DNA from: Epiperipatus broadwayi
Lineage: Eukaryota > Animalia > Onychophora
Length of the DNA stretch: 64,000 nt
Assembly: GCA_028023455.1 (NCBI GenBank)
Contig: JAQFVV010000002.1
Location: 868,001-932,000, forward strand
Direction: 5' to 3'
A program made the translations under genes and the position numbers. Positions 12,667 through 25,799 of the stretch are shown piece by piece. A model generated the notes under the pieces. That model made no database searches and was not told the origin of the DNA. It worked only from the letters and a program-made list of their open reading frames with translations. Within the stretch, counting starts at the first letter, position 1, and each line of letters begins with the position of its first letter.

Positions 12667-12716
12667 CTTACATGACCATGGTTTCATCTACTACAAATAG
12701 ACTTTCTCAAGTAAAA
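12667..12716 (-). ncRNA. Variant hammerhead-like motif in the Penelope pLTR
   Basis: ttttac-TTGAGAA-A-GTCTA...TAGAT-GAAA-CCATGG-TC-atgtaag. Core reads as U3/A8, stem III is the palindrome ACCATGGT, stem I is offset by 2 nt. Confidence 0.5.
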
Positions 12717-12984
12717 ATCAAATAAAGGAACAATATATATATAAACAAACATTCCCATATTATATATATATAATGGGTAATAGATGATTCCATTTTGAAA
12801 GTTGAGTTGAAAATGATTATGAATATAATCGAAAATATTTCTTTATGAGTTTTTATTGAGTTTTTATTTATATTGTATTATAAATTGTTTACCATTGTTT
12901 GGAATATATTTAAGTTTTGTTATTGTATTATTGATATTAGCGGACATTTATTTTGTTATATATATAAACAAACCTTCCCATAAT

Positions 12985-13329
12985 TCATTTCAAACACCAC
13001 CTTCCCTTAATATCAAAATATGTCTTCATAAGATTGATAGCCTCAGATTCATATGTCTCCTTTATTCTTTTTAATTCATTCTTTTCATAAAAAATAACTG
13101 ATGCATTGTTAAACAATATTTTATGACATTTATTAAATTCATGAATATATAATGCTGAGTTAAGATACCTATGTTTAACTCTACTTATATGAACCTTAAT
13201 CCTTTCATTAAGGCTAAACTTACTCTGACCTACATAAAACTTACCACAACCACACAGAATTTTATAAACAATCCCAGAAGTAGACTTCTTATCAATAGAC
13301 TGCTTTAAACCATTAAGTAAGCAATTCAA
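12985..13329 (-). pseudogene. Penelope GIY-YIG endonuclease fragment
   Basis: SGIVYKILCGCGKFYVGQSKFSLNERIKVH matches the PLE pattern GVVYxIxCxxCxxxYIGQTxRxLxxRxxEH. Confidence 0.9.
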
Positions 13330-14520
13330 ATCAGAACCTTTCTACCATGCAATCTTCATTCCTTTTAACAAGTGACTACTCTTATAAACCAAATTATATA
13401 TAGAAAACTTAAATGGTAAAGACATATACTCATTATCTTTACCAACAAAATTCTTACCATTAAAATCATGACTATAAACATTATTATTAAATACAACATT
13501 TCTAATAAAATCATGATTATAAAACAATTCTACATTATTAGGCCTTCTATTCCTACAAGAAAAATTCAACAAAAATATTTTTTTATGTGTAAAAGGTGAT
13601 AACTATCAGGCTTAATCATATTTCTCAAATTCTTAGGTTTTATAAATGACTACAGAACAAATAATAAACTTAATACTAGAATCAAAAGCATTCAATCTGC
13701 ATAAAAAAACTCTTCTTTCTATTTTTTTCTTTCTGAATATCAAACCAACAATCATCAACATACCTAACAAATAATTTTAAAGAACATGAAAACTGATTGC
13801 TAACACTTTACTCCAAATAATCAATATAGACAGTACACATCAATGGAGAAATAATATAATCCAACCCTCTCTAATCTTATAAAACACATCATTACACATA
13901 AAAATACATTAATTCCTCTAACAGAAAAAGCAAATCATGAAAAAGCTTAATTTTATCATGCAGAAAAATATTCCTTTTTTTAAAAAAAAATTGAAAGAAA
14001 AACACAATACTTTTTAATATATCAAGCGATTGATACATATTTTCAATATCTAAACTACTAATCATTCAAAACAAAACCATTTATTTTCTTAAAAGCTTCA
14101 AAAGAAGAAGAAACACAAAATTGACCCAATTCTATATAGTCCTTAAAAAATCTTATTAATAAATGATATTTTATCAACAATTCCTCCTGTAAAATCAAAA
14201 ATACACCTCAAAGGAAAATTATCTTTACAAGACTTCAAATTTTAAAGAAAATCTTTGGAGCCACATAATCACTAGGATAACAACTTAAATAAGTACTTCT
14301 ATCAAAAAACTTTTTATTTTCCATAACTTTCATAATTTTAATCAATTTACATTTTATTTTTTACCAGGATCAGAATCTAAAATAACATACTTTCCATTAT
14401 AAATAAATAATACAAAAACTCTTGTCAGATAATGAAAATTATTGATACTTACCATTATTTAATTCTAAAGAAACTTTATTTTTAAAATCATGTATGTATA
14501 TACTTCAACAAAAATCAATA

Positions 14521-15078
14521 AATTAAAAACTACCTGTGATAAAACACAGTTGCTGAAGCGTTAAACATAAAATTACAAATGCACTTTCAGGGGATTTAAG
14601 CCTCCATAATCTTAGCTCAATACAAAATAAATACAAAATATAAACACTTATTCACAAGCAAAATGCGTACCTCAAATAAAATGTAAACTAAATCTAAATA
14701 AATAAATAAAATACAATATACATAAATAAATATTATATCGTCCATATTTTAGAAATATTAAAACAAGAATCCTTTCTATTAACAGCTTGTTTTATAGCTG
14801 GTAATCCCAATGCTATTAATAGAAAGAATTCTTGTTTAATATTTCTAAAATATGGATGTTATAATATTTATTTATTTATATTGTATTTTATTTATTTATT
14901 TAGATTTAGTTTACATTTTATTTGAGGTACACATTTTGCTTGTGAATAAGTGTTTATATTTTGTATTGAGCTATGATTATGGAGGCTTAAGTCCCCTGAA
15001 AGCGCTCAGCTTTATATTTGTAATTTTATGTTTAAAGCTTCAGCAACTGTGTTTTATCACAGTTAGTTTTTAATTTTT
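14521..15078. mobile_element. Foldback element inserted in the Penelope ORF
   Basis: Long inverted arms (aattaaaaactacctgtgataaaacacagttgctgaag at both ends) with a central hairpin at 14742-14857. 10-bp duplication aaaatcaata at 14511-14520 and 15079-15088. Confidence 0.75.
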
Positions 15079-15149
15079 AAAATCAATATTATTTAACAAT
15101 ATAAACCAGCCACCTTTATCTTCTTTCAACAAGATAATATCATTGACTT

Positions 15150-15872
15150 TCAATCTTTTTTTAACAAGACTAATTTCCTTAGGGGCAAAAACAAATTTTT
15201 CTTTTTAAGTAATTGACTATTCAAAATAACCTGTAAAGACACTTTATTTTCATCAGAAATATTACTATTATCTTCAATAGCAAAAATGAAATCAAAAACT
15301 AAACTTTTATTAGCAAAAGGAACAAAACCAGGGGCCTTAGCTAAAATAGACAAATCAGATAAATTCAAAACATAATTTGACAAATTTAAAACAGATAAAA
15401 CATCAGGCCTATTTTTATAACACCCAAATCTAAACTCTTTTAGTTTAACAAAACTATTATTTCCAGACTTTCCAACCAACCAATTAATTTTTTTAAAATA
15501 CTTATTCCTATTAGTGATTTCACATTTACTCCTAAACCACTTTAAAAAAGAATTCAAAACTGAATAATTAAAATTACTTATAAAATCCAACCATTTCCTA
15601 ATAATTTTAACTCTATCAATTAAATTAGATAAAGTGATCATAAATTGTTTAAGAATGAATCTTTTAAAATTTAAAATAAAATCATAATTAGAAAATAATA
15701 CCAATTTCCTATCCAACCTAATATTACATGAATTAGGAAAAACATTACTAAGCCTACAAGACTTAAGAAAATTTACCTGAGCCTTTAAAGACTCTATTTT
15801 ACAAGACATAATAATTAACTTTTTTATTTCTAAAATTTCTACACCAGAAAAATTATATATAATCTGCTGCAT
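15150..15872 (-). pseudogene. Penelope ORF N-terminal fragment (240 aa)
   Basis: FLKSC...P and VLNLSNYVLNLSDLSILAKAPGFVP are typical of the PLE pre-RT region. KEDKG follows just downstream. Confidence 0.8.
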
Positions 15873-16150
15873 ACTGAAAGAAAATTAATAATATAACCAT
15901 ACAATTACAAACAAATAATTAATAAGAAATAATACAAAATAAATAACATACAAATAATATCAAAATACAAATACCCACAAAAAATAAAACAAAATAAAAT
16001 ATGAAATCCTTAAAACCATATAACATCTAAAATATTAAATAGTATACTTAAATAGAAACCAAAACTGCCTAACACTATACTAGCAATAAATAAAATGCAA
16101 AACTATAAAACTATACAATACTAGATAAAATCCAAAATTTTTACTAAAAT

Positions 16151-16200
16151 CCTTACATGTCCATGGTTTCATCTATTACAAATAAACCTTCTCAAGTGAA
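16151..16200 (-). ncRNA. Second pLTR copy of the variant hammerhead-like motif (cleavage triplet GAC)
   Basis: TTGAGAA-G-GTTTA...TAGAT-GAAA-CCATGG-AC. Confidence 0.4.
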
Positions 16201-17944
16201 AATCGAACTAAAAGAACAGGCATATGTATACAAACAAACTTTCCCATAATTCAATTCAAACACCTCCTTCCCTTAATATCAAAAGATGTCTTCATAAGAT
16301 TGATTGTGTAAGGATTTTGATAAACTTTTGGATTTTATCTAGTATTGTATTGTTTATGGTTTTGCATTATATATATATTATTTCATAATTATTTATTTAG
16401 TTTTAAAATGTACATATGCTTTCAGTTATTGAATAATTTAGATAATTTCATTCGTACTACCATAAATATACATGTCCCTGTCAGTCTAAATACTACCCAA
16501 CCTGGATGAGCTAGCTAGTGGTTGGACATTCATTAACATGTTTTGATTACTCTCCTCAACCCTTTCAGTATAATTCTTATGCAAGCATAGGATTGGTGCT
16601 TGGAGTCAGAAAAGGCTTATGTCCATAAGTATATTGTTAGGGAAAAGTTAATTAGAAATTATGAGAAACTAAGGCTGAGGATCTATTTACATATATATAT
16701 ATCATTATGTCTATTATTTAATTTTGTTCTTTGGGAGATGATGTTTTAAAATAACTTGCCTCCAGATTTATAGTGACTATAAGTCCACCTCGGTCAATTA
16801 AATGATTTCGTTTGTGAATAAATCATGTCAGTAATAAATATAATAATACAAAGAAAAATATTTTGTAGAAATAGCATAAGTGTAATCAAGTACAAATGGA
16901 AAAGGGGAGTAACCCACTACAATATATATGTCACATAAAAGCAGCCTTTGTTTATCAACACCAACAATCTTTAATTTGTTTTCATGGCAATTTTCTGGTT
17001 TTTCATGATGATAAGCATGGGTTGTTTTTATGTTTCATGTATTTAACATTCATAAACGAATCTAGTTTTAAACAAAATCAGCTTTATTATCTATGAGATA
17101 TACTTTACTATAGTTTTTATCCATTATGATATTTATATATCTTTACATATGTACATGTAAATTCAATATCTATGTGTCAAGTCGTTTACAACGTGGTGAT
17201 GGTGATTTCTAATAATTTTTTTAATTAATAATGTTCTGTTATAAACTATATTAAATTCATATATATACATGCTCACATATATGTTTTTTTCAGAAACAAG
17301 AATTTTATCTTTCAAAAAAAATATACCAGCAATAACAATCTAAGCAAAGTGGTATATGAAGCATTGTTATTTCTCTAGAGTAATAAAACTCTTAATTCTT
17401 TGGCATGCATCAAGGCAATTCGATGCGTTTTAATTATTTTTTCGGACCAAAATAAATTAATAAATTGAATAAACAAAACACTGGTGATATTATATCTGTC
17501 TCTAAAGAAAAAGTATTGATTACCAAGATTAAAACAAGTTAATAGAAAAATAAGTTCATCTTTTTCTTTCTTTTTGTTTTTTATATGTAATAATTTGTTT
17601 CTGCTATAAATTCTATTTCTTCTTGTTTTACTCGATAAAAAAAAAATCAGAAGTGTGCATATAGATCTACTGATTATACATATATATTGACTTAATCAGA
17701 ATGCATTAGTTATTATTGATAGGAGGGGGGGGGACGAATAAAATATGTATATTGAAAAACAATAAACAGTCTAAATACGAAATATTTATTTAATATTATT
17801 AAAAAAAAATTAAAAAAAATTAATTATTAATGAAAATTATTTTAATTTAAAAAAAAAAAAAGATTGGACAAAATAACAAAAATGCCTGACAATTCAAAAA
17901 CGGTATTATTTAAATAAAGTAGTAGGGAAAGACGAATGCTTCTC

Positions 17945-19420
17945 CAGATCCATCCATGTATGGAGATGGTCAATAATTAAATAATTCATCCATCAGAATT
18001 TTATTTAAGATCTAGTATCTTGATGGAACGGAGTGCTAATCCATGAACTTTTATCTCATAACTCTATCGTTCTGTCATAAACCAAGCAAGATATCTACAA
18101 AAATAAGAATAAAGAAAGAAAAAAAATAATATCCAATATGGTGGTTTTAAAGATTTCTATTTGTCTTACTATCTAGGCAATAATATTAATTTAAAAAAGT
18201 ATACAGCAAATTTTTGAAGTAGATTTTAACACTTTTATTGTTTAAAAATCAACAATAACATTGTAAATTAGTACCAATACAAATTGATTACTATTATTTA
18301 TGTTGTTACTAAATTTTGTAAGGATTAATTTTTTTAGGAGTAAAAAATTAGGTATATACATTTGAGCCAGTTCTTGTGGATGGAATTTCAAATTACTGTT
18401 GTTATAGTCTGATTAAAACATCCATATAAGAACTAGGAAATGAATAAAAATGATTTCATTTTATTAGAAAACATAGCATTAAGTGTTAAAAACCTTTTAG
18501 TTAATAATTTCTATTAGTCATCCATAAACTAGAGAATATTCACTTAATAAATAATATTTCTATAGTGAAATTTTCATTACCCCACTCTCATGCAAGATAG
18601 AGACTATATTCTATCCACTTTTAACATCTTGAAGATTAGATACATCCATCTATGGAGATAGTCAATAATCAAATAATTCATTCTTCAAAATTTCCTATAA
18701 TGATGTAATACTAATAAACATCACATGAGGTATTACTAATAAACATCACATGATGTTTTGTTGTAATACTATGAGGGAGTCAAGTGCTGATCCATCAACT
18801 CTTACTTTCATAAGTCTATTGTTCTTCACTATTGCAAACAGGATATCTACAAAGAAAAAAATCAATATCTATCATGATGATTTTAAGGTTTCTTATTTGT
18901 CTTACTGTCTGGGTAATAATATTAATTTTAAAAAGTATATAGCAAACTTTTAAAGTAGATTTTAATACTTTTATTGTTTAAATATCAACAATAAGATTGT
19001 GCATTAGTAACAATAAAATTGGATATATACATATAAGCCAGGCCTTATGGATGGAATTTCATATTACTGCTGTTATAATATGTTTAAAACATCCATATAA
19101 GAACTTGAAAATGAATGAAAATGATTTCATTTTACTAGAAAACATAGCATTAAATGCTACATCATTTAATTAGTCATTCATTAGACTAGAGATTATCCAC
19201 TTAATAAATAATATTTCTGTAATATAATTTTCATTAGGACCATTCACACAAGATAGAGACTGAATTTTTATCCACTTTCAACACCTTGTGGATTACATTT
19301 CTTTAAAAAGTGTCAAAAGCAGATATAAAACAATCCCTACATTGCATGCGAATAATATAGTGAAAATTACAGTAATATTATTTATTAGGTAGATAATCTC
19401 TAGTCTAATTAATGACTAAT
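17945..19420. repeat. Two diverged ~690-bp direct repeats followed by an inverted fragment
   Basis: catccat...tggagat at 17951 and 18643. 19361-19420 is the reverse complement of ~19165-19235. Confidence 0.8.
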
Positions 19421-20309
19421 AATTATTAAAATATCTCCAATAAGTTGTTTGAGTCAATGTTGTGAGAGTGGTAAATTTAATTCTTATTAATTAAACAGTA
19501 GTAATTGTGTATCTATATATTGAACAATGATGAAGATATGTGTAAGAGATGGTGATCTGGGCCAACTGATAAGCACTGGTTCAGCATAAAATGTGATTGG
19601 GGATCATATATCTGATTCACATGTCTTGGTCATATGTTTATGATTACCCTCCTCTACAAGGTTTTAAAAGTAGATAGAAACCAGTGCCGCCATTGCATGA
19701 GAGTGATGTAATGAAAATTGAACTACAGAATTATTATTTACAATATTTAAGTAACAGCTTATCTCTGGGACTATACTTCACATTCTTCAGTGCTGCTTAA
19801 TTTATCCTATATTTGTAATATATGGACGGATAGATGAAGATATTTTATCCTTTAAATTGTATTTTCTTTAATTAAATTCCATATTTTAAAGAAGAACTTA
19901 TTTATTTCAATTAGATCCTATTAAAAATGGTATTTTTATTTTATTTTTCTTAAATCTAAATTATGAACTCAAAAGCAATATCATTTATTAGCATTTATAA
20001 AATGAAACCTTTAAAATTAAAGCCTAAAAAAAGCATTGACCATTTAAACACACATTAGAAAGACAGGTGAAAAATTAAAATCTTAACGATTTAAAAAGGT
20101 TTCAATATTGATTATAATATATAGTTAAAAACAATGTCAGCTTCCCACACACTAACTAAACATTCATATTGTGTATGTATAGTGAATTTTAAAGTAAATT
20201 TTAGCTTAGATTAGCTAAATAAATATTAATTTAGTTAAGATAATTTAATAATAGGATTTTATTTAATACTTGTAGCATATTTTTTTATATTTATATATAA
20301 ACTATATCA

Positions 20310-21330
20310 CTATCATCATTATCAAACATTATTGATTTACCATAGAATAAACTTGTCTCCATGTTCAATCCTGATTCTCTGATACTAAGCTTTTCTTCAC
20401 TACATCACACTAACAACTTTTCTTATTTCATGTATCCATTTCAGATGTTGTCTTTTTCTAGATCCTTAACAAACATTTGCATTCCAGTTTAAAATTCAAA
20501 TGTCCATCTATTATTCACTCTTCTAGAAATATTCAGCTCAGCTCCATATAAATTGTTTTAATTTTTTCAGTGATGTCAGTTGTTATATGTTTGTTATCGC
20601 ATCCAAATAGTTTACTTTCAATAGTTAATTGTAAATACATCTCTCAATATTTCAATTAGTGGTATATAGTCACTGTATTGGTCTTATATCAGAGTATAAG
20701 TCTCAGATCCTTACATAAAAACTTATAAAAGACATCTATAAAATAGTTTCTTCTCAAACATATAGACATATTTCCGTTTAATGCTAAAAGCCTTCCATCC
20801 GAGTTTAACTCTATAATTAATTTCTTCCATTAGATTTCCTTCTATATTAAAAATATAATCAACATCTTTTAAATCATAATCATCAAATTTTATTTTATTT
20901 TAAAAAAATCTATTGAAATTTGCTTTAGTGTTAATCATATACTCTTACTTTCATCTGGTAACTCTTGCAACATTTCCTGAAGCTCTGAAGCATTAATTAC
21001 ACAAACGACTGCATCATCTGCAAAATCTAGATGACTTAAATAATTTCCATTTATTTTTACTCCTTTAGCTTTCCATTTTAATTCATAAAATAATTCCTGT
21101 AAAATTGCTATAAAAGATGGTGGAGATATAAAATCATGCTAAAGTATACACTTTTCATTATTAATTCTTTTGGTATAATCATGTAATATTGACAAACATT
21201 CAGCAAAATTTGAAATATCCTAAGACTATATGTTGATGATCGATTGATTGCTTGATACTTTCATACCTTCTTTCATTTAGCATTTTTGTCAAAAGAAAAA
21301 TTCATAATGTATCATTTTTTTGTAATTTCC
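20310..21330 (-). mobile_element. RTE-clade LINE 3' fragment
   Basis: Minus strand WKAKGVKINGNYLSHLDFADDAV (RT xADD motif, ~21010-21080), then the RTE C-terminal region and a (GAT)n-like tail at ~20310. Confidence 0.8.
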
Positions 21331-22335
21331 ATTAAGTAATATTGAAAATAAAACTAGTATTTTTTACTTTGTTAATCTGATGTGTTCGTATAAATGTTAC
21401 TTTCAAAATGTGTATTTATGTTTGTATTGTATACTAAGATAAATACCACTTTATAAAATTACTTCCAGTGAATCAGAATTTTAAACATCTATTAAACCTT
21501 TAGAATGATAAGCTAGTATGCTATGTAATTATTTAGAAAACATAAAATTTGATTTTAAAGTGAAATATTAAACACCCACATGGATTGAGAAGAATTATTA
21601 CAGCATGATTATCAGACAGTTAATCTTGCAATCTACCTGATGAGAAGAATTACTTAAAATTAATTTATTATGGAAGAAGTCAGCAAATCTGACTGCTCAC
21701 AATTATATATATATATAACCAGATGGCTAAGAAAAATACATAATTAAATAGTTGGCAGCATGTTCCTCTGGTTTAAGTATAAAAAAATTATTTAATTAAT
21801 GGAGAAAATAATATTTAAATTTTCTTAAACCTATTTTTAAAGGATCATTATTTAACTCAATTTTTTGTAAAATCCCCATATGATACTATGAAAATTCTCA
21901 AACGTTAAATATATTTAAGAGTATTTTTAAAAACAAAAAGATGGAATAACAAAATAAGATTGTAATAACTTTGTAAATTTTATTTTTAAGCAATCAGAGT
22001 GGTTTTTCTTTATCTCTATTTAATGAAAAAGAAAAATCAAATCAATGCAATTAACTGATTATGTTATTGTTGTCTTTTTGCAAGAAGATTTGATTTTTAA
22101 TTATAAAGAAATGTCAAGTGTTTTATAATATTAAGTTAAGTTTTTGACTTGTTTTTAGTATCTATGATTAAAGAGGAAATTGGCTGAAAAATTCTATTTA
22201 TAATATTTCATCTAATTAATTGTCATAAAGATTATCAAATAAGAAACTGATTGTAATTGGCTTGTGGGCAATATTGTTCTGAAAAAAATATATCTGGGGC
22301 TGTGAATTAGTGACTATACCCATATGTCTGGAGAG

Positions 22336-22535
22336 GGTATTCCTAACTTAGCTATTGAAGAGAAAGCAGTCAAATATTAATCCAGCTGCTGAAAAAAATA
22401 TAGAAGAAATTATTCCTAATTTAGCTGTTGAAGAGAGAACAGTCAAATCTTAATCCTCCTGCTGAAAAAAAAACAGTAAAAGTATTCATAACTTAGCTGT
22501 TCAAGAAAGAGCAGCCCAAGCTTAATTCATCTGTT
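22336..22535 (+). repeat. 72-73-bp tandem repeat, about 2.6 copies
   Basis: attcctaa(c/t)ttagct(a/g)ttgaagaga units start at 22339, 22412 and 22484. Confidence 0.85.
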
Positions 22536-24107
22536 ACCAAGTTATTAAATAGAAAAGCATAAGTTTTAATCAAGCTTTTAGCTTCTATGAGTTTAGCCCT
22601 AAAATTGTTTGTACAATGAAAACCATGTACTAGATTTAGCTAAACCTAGGCATCACTTTTCTCCATGTAACCGACCTTTGCTGGAATAAAAATGTAGAGA
22701 CAGAGAGTATTCTCCAAAAGTCTTCAATCTTGCTTTCAACCAAGAGCATAAGCATCTCTATATATCTGTCTCACCTGAAAATTCAAGAGAACCAAATGGA
22801 TAAAATTTGCTATTTTTTGTTTACCTGGAATTTCTACAGACAAAGAAAATGACACTTAAACTATGCATATGTCTAAGAAGCCTTCAAGGAGAAGCTCAAT
22901 TAAAAAGAAACTGAGAATTGTAACTGGAAAGGACTTCATAAATACTAAAGCTATCACTAGAGGTATTATTTTTATGTATGCACATTCTAGTTTTTGTGTT
23001 AATAGAATTTTCTTTTGTTTCATGAAAGTAATAACAGTTTGGTTTTAGTATTATATAATAATTGATAATACTAAATACTTCATTAAGTTAAATTATTTCA
23101 AATTGTTAGAGAATTCTTGTTTTGTATAAAATCCAGTCAAATTTCTCTTACAAGTAGTGAAATAGTTTTTAAAGAAACAAAAAAAAATCTGTTGTAAAGT
23201 TAATTTTTTTTCTTGCTAAGCTGAATAAAAGATTTTTATGTTTGATTTTGCAAATGTTTAATAAACTTTTAGTTATTTTTAAATATAGAACCTAATGAAT
23301 TTAAAATTAATCCATGAATAAAAATTAATTGATTGGTTAATATAATTTTTGTAAAAGTGTATTTTTTTTTATGAAATGGGTATTTGTAATGTCATACTAC
23401 CATGCCATTTGTTTTGTTTTTTTATTGTTAATTACATATTAAAAATTGTTTTAAACATTTTTTTTAGTCTTAATTTCTTTATTTTATCCAATTCCTGTTT
23501 CATGAAATACAGTGTGCGTGTGATCTTATATCATGATAGCTTATATTCCAGGATTTAGTTTTTTTTTCATGATCCCAATAAAATTAATTATTTATAAATA
23601 GGGGAACCCCATGATTTGCATAAGGTTACTTATAATAAGCTAAGAATATTTATTTATTTCCCTCTTGCTCACAGTAATGAATTATAGAGTTCTTGCTTTC
23701 TGAGTTAGTTGTGCATAATCATCATATGGGACAGAAGGGCACATATATTTAGTGTATGGGCATCCAGTTGATGATGATGATTCTGGATTGGCATGAAAAA
23801 TATATTCTTCAAAGTCCATGCACTATATTTTATGTAGGTTGGTCTCTATTAGAAATTAAGTTTATAGTTGTCCAGTACATCAATGGTACAAAGTGGCCAA
23901 GCATTGATGATCGATATGTTTTAATATTCCAGCATTATTGTTTTTATGGTTATATATTCAGATGGCTCTGTTGTCAATAAAAAATCTCTTTTGAATATGA
24001 GTTACACTATAATTCCATATTGGAATTTGAATTGTTAATAGCCTAAGAATTTCTGCACAAAAGTTTATTCAAAGAACTAGTGAGTTTGGTTTTCCATATT
24101 TCTATAG

Positions 24108-24578
24108 CAGGGGTGGCCAATAAGTCAATCATGATCCACCAGTTGATCGCAAGTCCAATTTTGGTTGATCACAAGGCCAATTTGGCAAGAGCTGTCAGGT
24201 AACGAGTGAAACAAATTATGTCAAGATTTTAAAGTTTTTTTTTGTTATTTGTTGTTTTTGTTTTAAATTTTTTTTCATTTCTAGATACGTGAAGTCCACT
24301 AAGTCATATCATTATTGAAAATAATATTTTTATTCTTGACTTAATGTAACTAATTTGAATTAATAAATATTGTTAATAATTACTCATGCTGCTTTATCCC
24401 CCCCCCCCCAGATATGAGTTTTTTGGCCTGTTAAATAATTATTTTTTACTAGGTATATATATATAGTATGTATTTTACACCTCTTTCCATTTAGATTATG
24501 CCTATGACAAGAAGTCGATTGCAACACATTTTTAAAATAAAAAGTAGATTGTTTGAACACAAAAGTTGGCCACCCCTG
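24108..24578. mobile_element. hAT (Charlie-like) MITE
   Basis: TIRs CAGGGGTGGCCAA / TTGGCCACCCCTG. Flanks ttctatag / ctctataa match at 6 of 8 positions, as expected for a decayed 8-bp TSD. Confidence 0.85.
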
Positions 24579-25799
24579 CTCTATAACATAGCCAGTATTT
24601 ATCTTCAACATTTCTGAAATGACTTTTGAATCTGATGAAATTTAATATAGGTAGAGAATCCAGCTTTAATTTGATTACAAAATCAAAGAATTTTGATTTA
24701 AACGACTAAATTCAGAATTTCCTAATAAGTTGCTTGTTATTTAATTTAATACTGTTTTCTTCACACTATGTTTTAACTGTTGATGGGTAACTTTATAAAC
24801 ATCCCAGTATTTGAATTTACACAAAGGTGGACAAAAGGAAAAACTTGGGATTGTATATAATGGAGACAAGATATCCAGTATCTGGGGATGATTTGTCCAT
24901 AGATGTAATTTTTGCCCAATCTCTAAATGGGAGTATAATTTTACACAAGAGGGGATTAAATTTACAATTTTTTGTGTTTTAAAATACATTAATATTCTGA
25001 AGGCTTTAGTCACTTTAAATTAATGATTGTTAAAGATGTTCTAAAGAAATGTATGTCACTTGGCTATCCCAAAGAAGTTTTCTACACATAGAAAGGTTTT
25101 TGTGAATAGTACAATGGGAGAAAAATATGTGACCTTTGTAATAATGAGTGAATTGAACAATGATATTCTTAAATACAGTGAAAGATAAGACTTTGAAGTG
25201 AGATAATGATTTTTTTCAATGTTGTCTTTGTTTTTTTTCTTGAATCTGGGTACACATTGCTGAAGGACTCAAGTGAAAAAAAAATCACCATAGAAATTAA
25301 CTCATCTCTTTTTTAAACAATTATCTATTAACTTTTCCAGTAAAGATCAACCAGGCATATGATTTTTCTATATTAAATTCAAACATATAATTATCTTGGA
25401 ATTATAGAGTTTTATTTTTGTAAAGAGATAAAAACTGACACATCATCTATGCAAGCAATACAAACAATATTTGCTTTTATTTTAAGAATGTGTATATCAG
25501 GTGGTTCTTGTTTAAATTTTGTTAGTAGTGGATTTACATAGCATGTGAAAGAGAAAGCATTTAGAGGGGAACCTTGAGGTATTGAGTAATAAGGGCAAAA
25601 AATAAAGTGTATTTATTATTTAATGTGACATTAATTTTTTGTTGGTAGATGATTAGCAAGTACATAAAGAAGAAATTTTCTAATGACATATTTTGTAGAA
25701 TTCTTATAAGATTGGCAATAGGGACATTGTCAAATGCTGCCTGAATATCTATCTAGCTTAACTACTTAAAGAACTATATCTCTTTTCATTCCTAACTTA

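Larger units (their letters stand above)
12570..16362 (-). mobile_element. Penelope-like retroelement (degraded RT + GIY-YIG ORF, direct pLTRs, short inverted pLTR piece at the 5' end)
   Basis: N-terminal VLNLS...L..KAPGF.P; KEDKG (~15110-15125); SSLDIENMY; RYVDD (13751-13765); GIY-YIG at the C-terminus. pLTR at 12575-13050 (interrupted) matches 16055-16305. 16306-16362 is an inverted pLTR fragment. Confidence 0.92.
11305..16921 (+). mobile_element. 3' LTR of the Gypsy element (~1.8 kb), split by a Penelope insertion at ~12570-16362
   Basis: Starts TGTA after the PPT and ends TACA at 16921. Both halves match the LTR at 1-1041 and are collinear across the insertion. Confidence 0.78.

Noticed and set aside
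21630-21670. CTGATGA match as a hammerhead
   Set aside because: There is no GAAA or stem II at a suitable distance.
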